A stretch of DNA of 64,000 nucleotides from Eledone cirrhosa (lineage: Eukaryota), in the NCBI GenBank assembly GCA_964016885.1, contig OZ024750.1:19158001-19222000 (forward strand), given 5' to 3'. The stretch's first letter is position 1. Every line of letters starts with the position of its first letter. The position numbers were made by a program, and so were the translations under genes. Under the pieces are notes generated by a model. It was not told where the DNA came from. It was given only the letters and a program-made list of their open reading frames with translations, and did no database searches. Below, in pieces: positions 10,093 through 23,128 of this stretch.

Positions 10093-13000
10093 GATAGCAA
10101 CTAACAGTGCTGCGATCGAATGTGGCTTTTTAGCCCAGCCAATGATCCAAAATGTCTTGCACAGAGTCGGCAACCAAAACATTTACTGGGAATAGTCGGC
10201 TGTGGTTGGAGTTCGTGTACTTTTGCATGTCGCTTGAGTCCTCCTGCTGATTTACATTCTCTACCACATGTTTGGCAAGCATGATGAGTAGCATCTCCAA
10301 CAGCAGCCTGGTAGTCAACCACTGGTCTTACTTTATGACTGCGAAGATGACTTTCGAGTCCAGCTTTGCTTAGGCAGAGTCTCGCACAGACGCTGCATGT
10401 CAGAAACATAGGAGGACCCTCGCCGTCTGGAAGTGCAACAGCAATACCCTTCCTCACGTCCCGCTTTACTTTCTCGTGTGCGATTCGAGATGCCTCAAAG
10501 GCAACTTTTCCCTCATATACAGTCTTTCTCCATTTATTACGATCAGCAGCAATATTTTCCCATGTATCAGCAGAGATGTTAGCGTCTTTCAGAGAGGCCT
10601 TCAAGGAATCCTTATACCTCTTTTTTGGTTTATGTGGCGGTCGTTTTCCTTTAACCAACTCTCCATAGAAGAGTTGTTTTGGTATTCTAGAATCCTTCAT
10701 CCTGGCAAGGTGACCACTCCAACGGAGTCGCTGCTTAAGCACAAGAGCTTCTATACTGTCACACATAGAGCTTTCCAAAATCTCGACATCACTGATGTGG
10801 TCCCTCCAGTGAACGCCATGTATCCGTCTGAGACACATCTGATGGAAACGCTCCAATTGCTCAAGGTGGCGTCGATATGTGACCCAGGTCTCGCAGGCAT
10901 AAAGAAGACAAGAGAGTACACATGCCCTGTACACCTTTACCTTTGTCCTCCTGCATATGTCTCGCCGACCCCAGAGTCGCCTTTCTAGCTTTCCGAAAGC
11001 ATCACTTGCTTTCCTAATCCTAAGTGAGATTTCACTGTCAAGGTTGCCGTATCGATTGACAGTGCTTCCCAGGTAGACAAACTGATCAACCACTCCAAGT
11101 CGCTTGCCATACACATAGATGTTTGGTTCAGTGTACTGCCTACCAGGTGCAGGTTGGTACATGACGACGGTTTTCTTGAGACTGACAGTCAAACCCAGGG
11201 CAGTGCAAGCGTCAGAAAATACATTCAAAATGTGCTGCATATCACTCTCTGTGTGCGCTACAAGATCGCAATCATCTGCATACAAGAGGTCTCTTATGAC
11301 TGATGTAAATACTTTTGTCTTCGCAGCAAAGCGCCTGATGTTAAATATGCTGCCTGAGGTTCGATATCGGATGTAAACACCATGCTCGCAATTCCTGAAT
11401 GCAACACAGAAAACCATTGCAAAGTATATGGCAAACAGGGTCGGTGCTGGAATATCCCCCTGTTTCACTCCATTTTTTACTGAGATAGGCTCCGACATGT
11501 TACCTCCGACATTAACCCAAGCCTTCATGTCGTCATGGAAAGACCTAACTAAGGCAAGGAACTTATCAGGGCAACCAAGTTTCTGGAGAACCTTCCATAA
11601 TGCATCTCTGTTGACAGTATCGAAAGCCTTTGTCAGATCGACAAAAACCTGATACAGATCCAAGCCCTGTTCAATGCACTTCTCCTGGAGCTGTCTAGCT
11701 GAGAAGATCATATCAGTAGTGCCGCGTCCAACACGAAAACCAGATTGACTTTCAGGAAGGACACAATCTGCAATGTGTGTCAGCAGACGGTCCAGAAGCA
11801 CCCTACATAAAACTTTCCCCACGACAGAAAGCAATGATATACCTCTGTAGTTCCCACAATCATTCCTGTTACCCTTTCCCTTGTACAAGACCACCATTAC
11901 TGCATCTCTCCAGTCCTCAGGCACGGATTCATTAGCCCATATCCTTCCAAACAGAGAGTGAAGATGTTGCAGGAGTCTCTCACCACCATATTGTAGGAGC
12001 TCAGCATGTATGCCATCCATACCTGGAGATCTTCCACTGTTCAGCTTCGAAATAGCCACTGCAACCTCCACAAGTGTCGGAGGCTCTGCGAGAGCTACTT
12101 TCACAGGACTTTCCGGAATGAGATTGAGGAAATCTTCACTGACGACAGACGGCTGATTCAAAAGATCATCAAAGTGCTCCCGCCACCTTCGTAGAATTCC
12201 CTGTGAGTCACGAAGAAGTTCTTTGCCATCCCTGCTGCGAATCGGTGTCACCAGAGAAGAAGACGGTCCATAAACCTCACGCAAGAGACTGTACAACAGC
12301 TTTGTGTTATTGCAATCAGACGCAGTTTGTATCTCACCAGCCTTCTCACTCCACCACTGATCCTTCATCTGAGAAAGACTCCGCCTAACACGTGATTTTA
12401 CATCCCTGAGCTCCTCATGCAACGTATTCCTCTCCTGTGGTCTTGCCGTCAAGTAGCGTGACAGAGCGCGCCTCTTATCAGCCAACAAGTCATCTATATG
12501 CACATCTTTCTCATTAAACCAGTCCTGATGTTTTCTCTGCACCAATCCCAGAACACGTCTGCCTACATCATAAACCGACTTTTTAAGGGTCGGCCAATCC
12601 TCACCAAGATCTGCAGCCTGCATCTCTTCTTCCAATGTCCTCTTCACATTTTTATCCTTAAGACGAGCAGCATTCAATCTTTTGGGCAGGGTAACACCAG
12701 GAGCCCGGATTTTACGTTTGGTGATTAGATTCACTTTTGCGCGCACCAGGCGGTGGTCCGTCCAGCACTCAGCTCCACGAAGAACACGAACACACCGCAC
12801 ATCCTGTCTGTCACGCATCCTGACTAGGACGTAGTCCAAAAGATGCCATTCCTTAGATGCAGGATGCATCCATGTGGTCTTGAATTTGTTCTTTTGTTGG
12901 AACATGGTGTTGGTAACACACAGATCCAGCTCCTCACACATCTGCAGCAAGAGCATACCATTGCTGTTACACTTTCCCACCCCATGCCTTCCGATTACAT

Positions 13001-14037
13001 TCCATGTGTTAAAATCCCTACCCACTCTAGCATTAAAGTCACCAAGCACGATGACTTTGTCTGCCTGAGGGATATTTCTTAAAACACCTTTCAAGGCATG
13101 GTAAAAGGACAGTTTTTCTTCATCGACAGAATTCATAGTTGGAGCATACACACTCACCAGGGTAGCATATCTTCCCTTGTCCAGCGGAACTCTCATGGAC
13201 ATAAGACGCTCACTAATCCCCACTGGGAATTCTTCCAATTTATTCACCAGTACAGTCTTAACAGCAAATCCTACCCCAGCCTCTCTTCTGGTTCCTTCAT
13301 CTCTTCCTTTCCAGAAGAATGTATATTCTCCACAAAATTCCGTAAGATGACCATCTCCAGCTAACCTCGTCTCAGACAAAGCCACGATGTCAAGATCGTA
13401 ACGTCGAAGCTCCTTCGCAACAAGAGCGGTCCTTCGTTCAGGACGCTCCAAAGAATCCCTGTCAAGCAGCGTCCGTACGTTCCAGCAGCCAAGACTAAAT
13501 GCCCTGTTTGGCTCTATTACAATGGCACGATGACGGGCGGGCCCAGGTTGTGATAACTTGGGGCCCCTGCCCTTATTGCCAATGATCTTTTTTGTTCCAG
13601 AACCCAAATTGGCAATTATCTCGTTTACATTGTTCTGGAACATCATTGAATTGGAAAAAAAAAAAAAAAAAAAAAAGGGAGAAAAAAAAAAAAAAAGTAA
13701 TAATAATAGTAATAATAATAATAATAATAATACTACACTATTAATAATTATTAATGCACTCGTGCAATGCCTGTGCGTGACGAATATTTTTAAAGTGAGG
13801 AAAGACTGTGCACTGAACCAATCCCACTCTCTGAGCGACAGTAGCTATAACCCGAAAAGAAGAAAAGATCAACATCATCGGTAACTACTGAGCCGCAGGT
13901 TTTATATCGGAGTTAACCCAGTTTCCTGAGATGCCTTCTCCTAGAAGAATACCCTGACATGGGCTAGGGGTTCTTCACTCCCAGTGGTTTAACTGCGCGA
14001 TCGGGCATCCAGCCCGATTATTTCTATGTCCCCGCGC
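9875..14037 (-). mobile_element. Full-length RTE-clade LINE
   Basis: Single 1181-aa APE-RT ORF; structured 5' UTR (about 13745-14037) with the RTE-type ctaggagaagg...aactc...aaacc motif; 3' stem-loop (9880-9909) followed by a (TATG)n tail. Confidence 0.95.
10101..13646 (-). CDS. RTE ORF (APE endonuclease, reverse transcriptase, three C-terminal C2H2 zinc fingers), intact
   Basis: [52 protein letters not shown]; three C-x2-C-x12-H-x3/4-H fingers at about 10104-10400. Confidence 0.96.
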   Translation of the reverse strand: MMFQNNVNEIIANLGSGTKKIIGNKGRGPKLSQPGPARHRAIVIEPNRAFSLGCWNVRTLLDRDSLERPERRTALVAKELRRYDLDIVALSETRLAGDGHLTEFCGEYTFFWKGRDEGTRREAGVGFAVKTVLVNKLEEFPVGISERLMSMRVPLDKGRYATLVSVYAPTMNSVDEEKLSFYHALKGVLRNIPQADKVIVLGDFNARVGRDFNTWNVIGRHGVGKCNSNGMLLLQMCEELDLCVTNTMFQQKNKFKTTWMHPASKEWHLLDYVLVRMRDRQDVRCVRVLRGAECWTDHRLVRAKVNLITKRKIRAPGVTLPKRLNAARLKDKNVKRTLEEEMQAADLGEDWPTLKKSVYDVGRRVLGLVQRKHQDWFNEKDVHIDDLLADKRRALSRYLTARPQERNTLHEELRDVKSRVRRSLSQMKDQWWSEKAGEIQTASDCNNTKLLYSLLREVYGPSSSLVTPIRSRDGKELLRDSQGILRRWREHFDDLLNQPSVVSEDFLNLIPESPVKVALAEPPTLVEVAVAISKLNSGRSPGMDGIHAELLQYGGERLLQHLHSLFGRIWANESVPEDWRDAVMVVLYKGKGNRNDCGNYRGISLLSVVGKVLCRVLLDRLLTHIADCVLPESQSGFRVGRGTTDMIFSARQLQEKCIEQGLDLYQVFVDLTKAFDTVNRDALWKVLQKLGCPDKFLALVRSFHDDMKAWVNVGGNMSEPISVKNGVKQGDIPAPTLFAIYFAMVFCVAFRNCEHGVYIRYRTSGSIFNIRRFAAKTKVFTSVIRDLLYADDCDLVAHTESDMQHILNVFSDACTALGLTVSLKKTVVMYQPAPGRQYTEPNIYVYGKRLGVVDQFVYLGSTVNRYGNLDSEISLRIRKASDAFGKLERRLWGRRDICRRTKVKVYRACVLSCLLYACETWVTYRRHLEQLERFHQMCLRRIHGVHWRDHISDVEILESSMCDSIEALVLKQRLRWSGHLARMKDSRIPKQLFYGELVKGKRPPHKPKKRYKDSLKASLKDANISADTWENIAADRNKWRKTVYEGKVAFEASRIAHEKVKRDVRKGIAVALPDGEGPPMFLTCSVCARLCLSKAGLESHLRSHKVRPVVDYQAAVGDATHHACQTCGRECKSAGGLKRHAKVHELQPQPTIPSKCFGCRLCARHFGSLAGLKSHIRSQHC

Positions 14038-14505
14038 AAAAAAAAAAAAAAAAAAAAAAAATTACTTATTGACACTTATACGTACGACATACACACACAC
14101 GCATACATATGCGTGCACACAGCAACACTCACACACACAACAAACACACACACACACGCTACTCTACTCACTTACACGCACACACACACATATATATATA
14201 TATATTACCGTCATTACTGATACAAGATTACCAGATTATGTCAACTGTTGACTTTCAAGAGTTTGTATAGTTGAAGCCGATCGTATTACAGTCCAGTATT
14301 ACTATAATTGCTTTACAGCATAGAGTTATGGCTCTCCACGGAGTCAACAAAAGAGAGTACCAGTGATGCGCTGGCCAGTCGCTGGATCCGTGCCAAAAGC
14401 AGAAAAATTATTATTAAAGTTGTTCTTAAGGCCAGGTCGCTGGTGATGGTGATGGCGACGGCGGTGGCGGTGGTGGTGGTGGTGGCAGTTGATGTTGTTG
14501 TTCTG

Positions 14506-14638
<133 letters not shown>

Positions 14639-15329
14639 GTTATTTTGAGTTTTTTTTTTTTTTTTTCCTTTCTTTTTTTTCTCCTTTTTTTTTTTTTTTC
14701 CCCTTCCCTTTTCTTTTTTCTTTTCCCTTCCTTTTTTTATGTTTTGATGCCGCTGTTGTTGTTGTTGTTGTAATTGTTGTAAATGTTCATTTCAGTTCAT
14801 TCTGAAGCTGTTGTTGCTGTAAACATTAGGGCCGGTGTTGTTGTTGTTGTAGATGTTGGGGTTGAAATCTGGTTGTTTGACTGAGTGATGTATATACACA
14901 CATATACATACACACACATATATATATATACATTCATCAGAGAGTAGAGAGTTTGACAACAGGTCGATGACTTTAGTCTCGATAGGGTATGGTATGGTAA
15001 TGACATGTGATGGTGGGGAGAGAGTGTAGACGTTATTGTGGTGGTGTGGACAGTGAGATGTATCTAGTTCATTTGACCGTTTTCTTCTCTTAGCAAAATT
15101 TGAATTCTAGCCATGTTATATTGAGATGTAAGTAAATGTAAAATATAAATAAGGATTGCTCTGCTAAAATATACTAAAATATTTGTGTAACTTCCACAAA
15201 CTTCTGTCGTGACATTCCCGAGTCCAGTAACCAACAAATTGTTGTATTTTGATGTTTCAGAATACAAAAATTAATTAAAAACTTACCCCACGAAGAGACA
15301 GCGTGTGTTGTCCTATCTATAAGCTCCCT

Positions 15330-15374
15330 CATATATATATACATACATATATACATATATATATACATACATAT

Positions 15375-15407
<33 letters not shown>

Positions 15408-15601
15408 TACATACATACATATATATATACATACATACATACATATATACATACATACATATATACATACATATATACATACATATATACATACATATAT
15501 ACATACATATATACATACATATATACATACATACATATATACATACATACATATACACACATACATACATATACACACATACATACATATACACACATAC
15601 A

Positions 15602-15637
<36 letters not shown>

Positions 15638-15643
15638 TACATA
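15330..15643. repeat. (TACA)/(TA) microsatellite
   Basis: Direct reading. Confidence 0.95.
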
Positions 15644-16775
15644 GAAATGGATAGGAAGACTAGGAAGCTATTGACTATCTACAACATGTTCCACAAGAGG
15701 AGTGATGTCGGTAGACTCTACTTAAGGAGATCTGAAGGTGGAATAGGTTTTATCAGCATATAGGACTGTGTTCAGATGGAGAAAAACAACCTACACAAAT
15801 AGGTGACTGATAGTAAGGAGCCAATGCTCATATTTGTTCTGAAGGAGGGGGACAATAGACCAGGGGATGTCCAAGGAGGAAATAACAACAAGGAGAAAGA
15901 GCAGCCTGCATTAAAAATCCCTTCATAGTACCTTCTTTGAGAAAACTGAATTCAGAGATCCACAGACATGGAACTGGTTGAAAAGAGGAGACCTGAAAAA
16001 AGCTACAGAAGGAATGCTAATGGCTGCGCAAGAGCAGGCCCTCAAAACGAAGTGGTTGAAACACCATATTTACAAGGAGGAGGCTAGCCCACTGTGCAGG
16101 ATTTGTGGAGAGAGAGAGGAGACTGTGGCTCACATTGTATCCGAGTGTAAACACCTAGCCCAGACTCACTATAAAGGGTGGAGACGATGTGATGGGCAGG
16201 GTGATCCACTGGCTCCTATGCAAAGTAAACAATTTTCCACATTCTGAGAAGTGGTATGAGCATAAGCCAGAGTCGGTGATAGAAAACGATCACGTGAAGG
16301 TGCGGTGGGATTTTAGGATACAGACGGATAAGAAACTGGAACACAATAGACCTGACGTGGTGTTATTGGACAAGGGAAAAAGATCGTGCCTGATTGTGGA
16401 TGTAGCCTGCCCATTCGACACGAGAGTGCAAGAGAAGGAGAGGGAGAAAATTAACCGATACCAGGACTTAAAGTGGGAGGTAAAAAAGGATTTGGAACTG
16501 CCATGAGGTCAAAGTGGTCCCGACTGTCATACGCGCACTAGGTACTATCTCAAAGAGTTTCCAAGGATGGTTAAAGAAAATTTGGTCCCGCACCGCTTTT
16601 TGGAACACTTCAAAAGGCATGCTTGCTGGGAACAGCAAAAACCCTCCGATACGCCCTGAATATCTGAGGCTGCAAGTAGTGGCTTGATATTCATTTCAAC
16701 AAACTTTCCAGTTAAATAACATCAATGACTGAGACTCAAAAAACAACAATAATAATAATAATAATGATAATAATT
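15644..16775 (+). mobile_element. R4/Dong-clade non-LTR retrotransposon (restriction-like endonuclease), 5'-truncated and decayed
   Basis: [11 protein letters not shown]; AAQEQAL; CRICGEREETVAHIVSEC (CCHC knuckle); WDFRIQTD...RPDVV...IVDVACP...KEREK (PD..D RLE); stops and frameshifts; (TAA)n tail at about 16748-16775. Confidence 0.9.
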
Positions 16776-16983
16776 ATTGTTACACTCTCCATTATATGTG
16801 GTTTAACATCAGCTCTGTTGTGTCGACATAGGGTAGTTTCGAGGTTATATTAGAAGATACTATCCCAAATTGCTATGCAATGTTACTGAACTCGAAAGCA
16901 TGAGGCTTCAAAGAAAATCTTTTAGCCAAACTTCTATGAACGTATACACACACACACTGTCACAGACACACACGCACACAAAT

Positions 16984-17025
<42 letters not shown>

Positions 17026-17028
<3 letters not shown>

Positions 17029-17491
17029 CGATATATTAACAAATGGAAACTATATTTATAAAACCATATTTATTTCATTATACATATTTCAAGGACACCA
17101 AGTTAAATTATGGTACGCTTTCATCAGATAAAATATAATATAGATCAGTTTTATAAATAAATATTGACATACCCTTAAAGAATGCGACCATTTCTGTTGG
17201 AAGCTCCCGGATAGGGTATGTCAATATTTATTTATTGGTATGTCAATATTTATTTATAAAACTGATCTATATTATATTATATTATATTATATTATATTAT
17301 ATTTGATGAAAGCGCACCATAATTTAACTTGGTGTCCTTGAAATATGTATAATGAAATAAATATGGTTTTATAAATATAATTTCCATTTGTTAATATATC
17401 GTATTTTTACTCCAATAATTTGTTGAGTGCTTTATATCAGTTATAAAAATATTTGCTTGTTGTATCCCAACAATTTAAATAGAACTTCTAC
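17026..17491. mobile_element. Penelope-like terminal-repeat remnant with inverted arms, within (TA)n
   Basis: About 17026-17174 is the reverse complement of about 17237-17404; unique tail to 17491; hammerhead motif in each arm; flanked by (TA)n. Confidence 0.7.
17071..17135 (-). ncRNA. Type I hammerhead ribozyme fold
   Basis: tattttat-CTGATGA-aagcgtacca(loop)tggtgtcctt-GAAA-tatgta-TA-atgaaata: 8-bp stem I, 10-position stem II with one mismatch, short stem III. Confidence 0.7.
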
Positions 17492-17512
17492 ATATATATA
17501 TATATATACATA

Positions 17513-17702
17513 ATAGGAAAAAGTATGACCCCGGCGGCGGAGCTCAAGCCGTTTCGACGGCTATTTCTGGAAATAGCCGTCGAAACGGCTTTAGCTCTGC
17601 CGTCGGGGTTATACTTTTTTCTATTACCCACTCTACTACCCTAAGTATTGAGTACTCTGGTGCGTTATGGTCCATCTGGTTCCTTACCACAACTCCTTCG
17701 TT
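17513..17702 (+). mobile_element. Fold-back miniature element A (half-hammerhead hairpin + ~78-bp tail)
   Basis: Hairpin 17513-17624 centred on gacggctatttc-tg-gaaatagccgtc; tail tacccactctactacc...ccttcgtt; (TA)n flanks. Homologs at 28937, 35912 and 60526. Confidence 0.85.
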
Positions 17703-17755
17703 ATATATATACATACATATATATATATATACGCACACACACGGATGCGCACACA

Positions 17756-17794
<39 letters not shown>

Positions 17795-18109
17795 TCATAT
17801 ATATATTCATATATATATATGTGTATATATATATATATTCTTATGCAAGAAATAACTCATGCTTTGAATGATGTGACATCTTGGCTTGCTAATTCTCAGA
17901 ATATATTCAGAATATAAGTTCAACTGGAATTCAGACATCCATTGCTTGTAATAATCGTTATCGTAGCACTGGGATCAAAGCCAAAATTTACAGGCATTGC
18001 GATATATTATCATCCAATCGATTCCAATGCATTGTTGTGCATTTGTTTATTCGATTCATTTCGAAAGAAAAATTGCTTCACTTTAATCATGTTCAACCTT
18101 AGTTCCGAC

Positions 18110-18410
18110 AACTAAATGTTCCAGTTGTTTTATCAATGAATTAACCTGATCATAAAATCAGCGAGTAAGTGAATGAACACCCTACAAAGTCACGTGTACC
18201 TTTAGCATAATTTCAAAGAGATTCAGCATGACTCAGTGGGTAATAAGGTTGGCCCTTTGAACCAAAGGACCAACCCATTTTTTTCAACTGAGCAGATTGG
18301 AGTAATGGGAAGTAAAGTATCTTGATCAAGGACAAAACACGCTACCGAGAATAGAACTCATGGGCTTAATATCGGAAGGCGAACATCTTAACCACAAACC
18401 AGGTGCCCCA
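18110..18410 (-). mobile_element. Old SINE-like repeat fragment
   Basis: Shares gtcacgtgtacc-ttagc/aattt and ggccctttgaa motifs with decayed repeats at 19900-20330, 48320-48430 and 50085-50205. Confidence 0.45.
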
Positions 18411-18441
18411 ACATCTACAGACGTACAGACATACACTATAG

Positions 18442-18632
18442 CAGGGTCCCCCGAGGGCCATATGGGTCACATATGTGTTGTCTGAGGGCCACACATGACA
18501 ACTACTTGCGCACATTACAACTAATATTTTTTACTTCATATTGCGCTCGCGCTGTAAAAACACTTGTGCGGGCCGCATGTTTGCTTGTAAGGGACCGCAT
18601 CTGTCACACGGGCCGCATGTTTGACATGCCTG
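18442..18632. mobile_element. hAT (Charlie-like) MITE
   Basis: Termini CAGG...CCTG, right TIR gtttgacatgcctg, subterminal gggccgc repeats; 8-bp TSD cactatag (18434-18441) / caccatag (18633-18640). Confidence 0.75.
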
Positions 18633-19410
18633 CACCATAGCACAGTATATATCGTAGTATAATCTCCCCAACCCTATGGACGGTGGTGTTTCTGCTAGTT
18701 TTGTTAATGATATCAACATAGCTATGTAATTATTTGAAATTTGAATGTTTCTCATCCACTGCAAATATTTCTTCATCGTTCTTCTTCTTCTTCTTCTTCT
18801 AAATCACTCTTTTTAATACGATCATTCTTTTCTTATTCCTGTTCTTTCATAGTGTCTTTTATATTATAAATTCCCAATCTTCTCCTGGATCAGATAACTT
18901 GATAGCCAATATTGTCTCCGAACTAAACACCACAGAAAATAATAACACGAGAACAAAAAACAGTAGATATACTAAGCTAAAGTAGCATCTAGAAGAAACA
19001 CTATATTTTTATAATGTTTATTATTAATTTGTTGTTGTTAATCGTTATTCAGGGATTTTGTTTCTTTATTTACAGATTTGACTGTTGTGCTGGACATTGT
19101 TACTGAAAATGTCTTGGTTGCTAAGATACTAATGTATGGAGGGGAAAAAAATAACTAATTTCTCACAAACAACATTCTTTCTAATTCCTGAGTTATTGAG
19201 CATATCTGTAATACAAACATGTGGAAACGACAACAGAAAAACATATTTAATATCAATATTTTAACTTGATGGCGGGGATGAGGATGATGATGATGACGAT
19301 GATGATGACGATGATGATGATGGTGAGGGTGATGGTGATGATGACGATGATGGTGATGGTGATGAACTTGATGATGATGATGATAATGATGAAGTTGATG
19401 ATAATAATAA

Positions 19411-19603
19411 TTGTTTCTACTTTAGGCACAAGGCCAGCAATTACCCAGTGCATTACTGGTACTTTATTTTATCGACCCCCGTAAGGATGAAAGGCAAAGT
19501 TAACCTCGGCGGGATTTGAACTCAGACTATAAAGGGCCGTAACTCTTGGCTGTTAAGCATGGCGTCCGACCCTCTACCTACCGATACTGCCAATCCACCG
19601 CCC
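19411..19603 (-). mobile_element. tRNA-derived SINE (Meta-domain-like core)
   Basis: A box tggcagtatcgg, B box gagttcaaatcc, core gcctttcatccttacggggtcgataaaataaagtaccag, tail ggccttgtgcctaaagtagaaacaatta; embedded in (GAT)n. Confidence 0.9.
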
Positions 19604-19899
19604 TGATGATAATAATGATAATGTGGAGGAAAAGTGGGAGGAGGAGGATGCACAGGGGGACGACGGTGATGATGATGACAACAAAAACAACGACAACGTT
19701 GACGACGACGAGAGTGAAGACGATGACAAGGACGACGACGTTGACGATGACGATGATTACCACCACCCGCACGACGATGATGGTGACGACAACGACAGTG
19801 GTCGTAGTGGTCAAGAATGGTGGAAAGCTATGTGTTAACGTTTTAAGTGGGGCCTTTCAATCATAAGATCAATCCTCCATTCATTTCAATGATAACCAT

Positions 19900-20330
19900 T
19901 CAATATCTCATTAAACTAACGGCTAAATGGCTGAGTATTCCATAGACATAAGTACACTTAATGTAATTTCTAAGCTGAATAAAAACGAAACCCTAGGTAA
20001 CACAGGCGGATCTTTGAACTACAGACACATTCCAGCATATATTGTAGTGTAAATAGTTGAGTAGTCCTCAGAAACATGAACCCTTAACATATTTCTCAAG
20101 TTGAAACGGTGTGACACAATACATAACAAGTCTGGATCTTTGAATTATAGTTACAGACCATTCGACAAACTGCTATTCAGTCAGTTTCCGTTTTCTATAA
20201 TTCAGTTACAAGAGTTAGGTTTAATCCGTGGCTAAAGTAGACATCTATCCAAAGTGCTACGAGGTGAGATCAAAACCGGGACCTCCTGAATGCTAAGTTA
20301 CCTTCTTATCTACACAGTCATATCTACATC
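19900..20330 (-). mobile_element. Decayed SINE-like repeat fragments
   Basis: Degenerate similarity to 46455-46560 and 49935-50205; internal duplication of gagtattcc..agacacat..cttaac..ggatctttgaa. Confidence 0.45.
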
Positions 20331-20399
20331 CTGTAAATATAATCTATATATTCAAATATTTAGTCTAATCTATACTGAAATTATTATGTAAGCTATTTT

Positions 20400-20712
20400 A
20401 GAATATATTAATAAAGTTATTATTGTTTCTTGTGCTCTGTATACGATATGCTTAGCAGGCTTCAAAAGTACCTGTATTGGAACAGCTGAATTATTCAATC
20501 CATGTCTGCTGTAAGACTCCAGCTCTCACGACAATGCAGAGGAAAAGGCAAAACGGTTTGTCAGGCAGCAAGTCAACAAATATGCAGGCAGGTTGTAAAC
20601 AGTCCTTGCCATAGGAAAAATGCGGAGTTTCCCTGGTACGGTAACATATCCTGTCACGAATCCTTGTCGAAAACCATTCCTAAGAGCAGTGTTGATGGAG
20701 GGCAGAGAGACA
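20400..20712 (+). mobile_element. Decayed RTE 3' coding fragment
   Basis: Translation ...[25 protein letters not shown] resembles the RTE C-terminal RWYGH..RH.SL.KTILQG.V.G.R motif. Confidence 0.6.
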
Positions 20713-20718
20713 CATACC

Positions 20719-20737
20719 ATATATTAAATATATATAA

Positions 20738-20782
<45 letters not shown>

Positions 20783-20789
20783 TATATAA

Positions 20790-20830
<41 letters not shown>

Positions 20831-21008
20831 TATATAAATAAATATATATAAATATATATATATAAATAAATATATATATATAAATAAATATATATATATA
20901 AATAAATATATATATATAAATAAATATATATATATATATAAATAAATATATATATATAAATAAATATATATATATATATAAATATATATATAAATATATA
21001 AATATATA

Positions 21009-21040
<32 letters not shown>

Positions 21041-21113
21041 AATATATAAATATATATATATAAATATATAAATATAAATAAATATATATATATATATATA
21101 TAAATAAATATAT

Positions 21114-21202
<89 letters not shown>

Positions 21203-21397
21203 AATATATATATATAAATAAATATATATATATAAATAAATATATATATATAAATAAATATATATATATAAATAAATATATATATATAAATAAATATATA
21301 TATATAAATAAATATATATATATAAATAAATATATATATATAAATAAATATATATATATAAATAAATATATATAAATAAATATATATATATATAAAT

Positions 21398-21446
<49 letters not shown>

Positions 21447-21456
21447 TATATATATA

Positions 21457-21492
<36 letters not shown>

Positions 21493-21786
21493 AATATATA
21501 TATATAAATATATATAAATATATATATATAAATATATATATATAAATATATATATATAAATATATATATATATAAATATATATATATATAAATATATATA
21601 TATATAAATATATATATAAATATATATATAAATATATATATATAAATATATATATATAAATATATATATATAAATATATATATATATAAATATATATATA
21701 TAAATATATATATATAAATATATATATATAAATATATATATATAAATATATATATATAAATATATATATATAAATATATATATATA

Positions 21787-21818
<32 letters not shown>

Positions 21819-21931
21819 AATAAATATATATATATAAATAAATATATATATATAAATAAATATATATATATAAATAAATATATATATATAAATATATATA
21901 TAAATATATATATATATAAATAAATATAAAT

Positions 21932-21962
<31 letters not shown>

Positions 21963-22048
21963 AATATATATAAATATATATATATATATAAATATATATA
22001 TATATAAATATATATAAATATATATAAATATATATATATATAAATAAA
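20719..22048. repeat. 1.3-kb (TA)n/(TAAA) array devoid of G and C
   Basis: Direct reading. Confidence 0.97.
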
Positions 22049-22372
22049 TATCCGTCCCATTCAAAAATCTAAATCGCAACTCATAACAACAATACGGCAC
22101 AATTATTTCACCTCAATCGGCCCTGCTCTCTTCAACATCACACCAGGACACGTCAAAACAGAAACTGACCACACAAAATTCAAGAAGTCTTTGGACAAAT
22201 TCCTCCAAGTAATCCCGGACAAACCACCCACACCCGGATATGTCTCCGCAAACAGTAATTCTCTTCTCGAATGGGCCATGGTGCCCAAATCCTGAATTGA
22301 AAGACTTCGCCAGGTGGTGCTATTAAGTTAGACATGGCCTGGGCCAATACTGGCCAAAACATTTCAAAGTTA
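22049..22372 (+). mobile_element. CR1-like LINE, copy 3 (3'-terminal ~320 bp only)
   Basis: Matches about 9087-9409 (the antisense 61-aa ORF translation is identical); TA-rich arrays on both sides. Confidence 0.95.
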
Positions 22373-22460
22373 TATAGAAAAAAAATATATATAAATATAT
22401 ATATATATATAAAAAAAAATATATATAAATATATATATATATAGAAAAAAATATATATAA

Positions 22461-22503
<43 letters not shown>

Positions 22504-22792
22504 TAAATAAATATATATATATAAATATATAAATATATATATATAAATATAAATATATATATATAAATATACAGTACAGTAGTATGTATATATATATATA
22601 TATACATACATGCACACATATATATGTACGTATGGATTCACCGAACATTTATTATAACGCTCGGTGTGTTTGTAAACAAACATCCCGTATTAAGCCGTAG
22701 TGTCTAGCAACCATCGTTGCTCGTTTGTTAAACACTGACAAAGGAACGCTGTACTAGTTTCAAGCTTATTAGCTATAAATATATATATATAT

Positions 22793-23082
22793 ATAAATGT
22801 AATCCGAGTTTTTCGAATATTAATAATAACATTCGACTCGTTTGCAATTATGCAAACAAGCCTCATTTTTAAAGCCATGTCAGTAGAATGAACTCTTCAT
22901 TCTTGTTCTTGTGTTGGCATGTAGTTCTGTTTACATGCTAACAAAAGAGCAAGAATGAAAGGTTCATTCTACTGATATGGCTTTTAAAATGAGACTTGTT
23001 TGCACAATTGCAAACGAATCGAATGTTATTATTAATATTCGAAAAACTCAGATTACATTTATTATATTCAGCCATGTAGAGC

Positions 23083-23089
<7 letters not shown>
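22793..23089. mobile_element. Fold-back element: ~135-bp inverted arms + short tail, in (TA)n
   Basis: ataaatgtaatccgagtttttcgaatatt... versus ...aatattcgaaaaactcagattacatttat; internal hairpin gacttgtttgca-caat-tgcaaacgaatc followed by gaa (decayed hammerhead-like). Confidence 0.7.

Positions 23090-23128
<39 letters not shown>

Noticed and set aside
19266-19866. Met-, Thr- or Asp-rich ORFs
   Set aside because: Derived from (GAT)/(GAC) repeats around a SINE.
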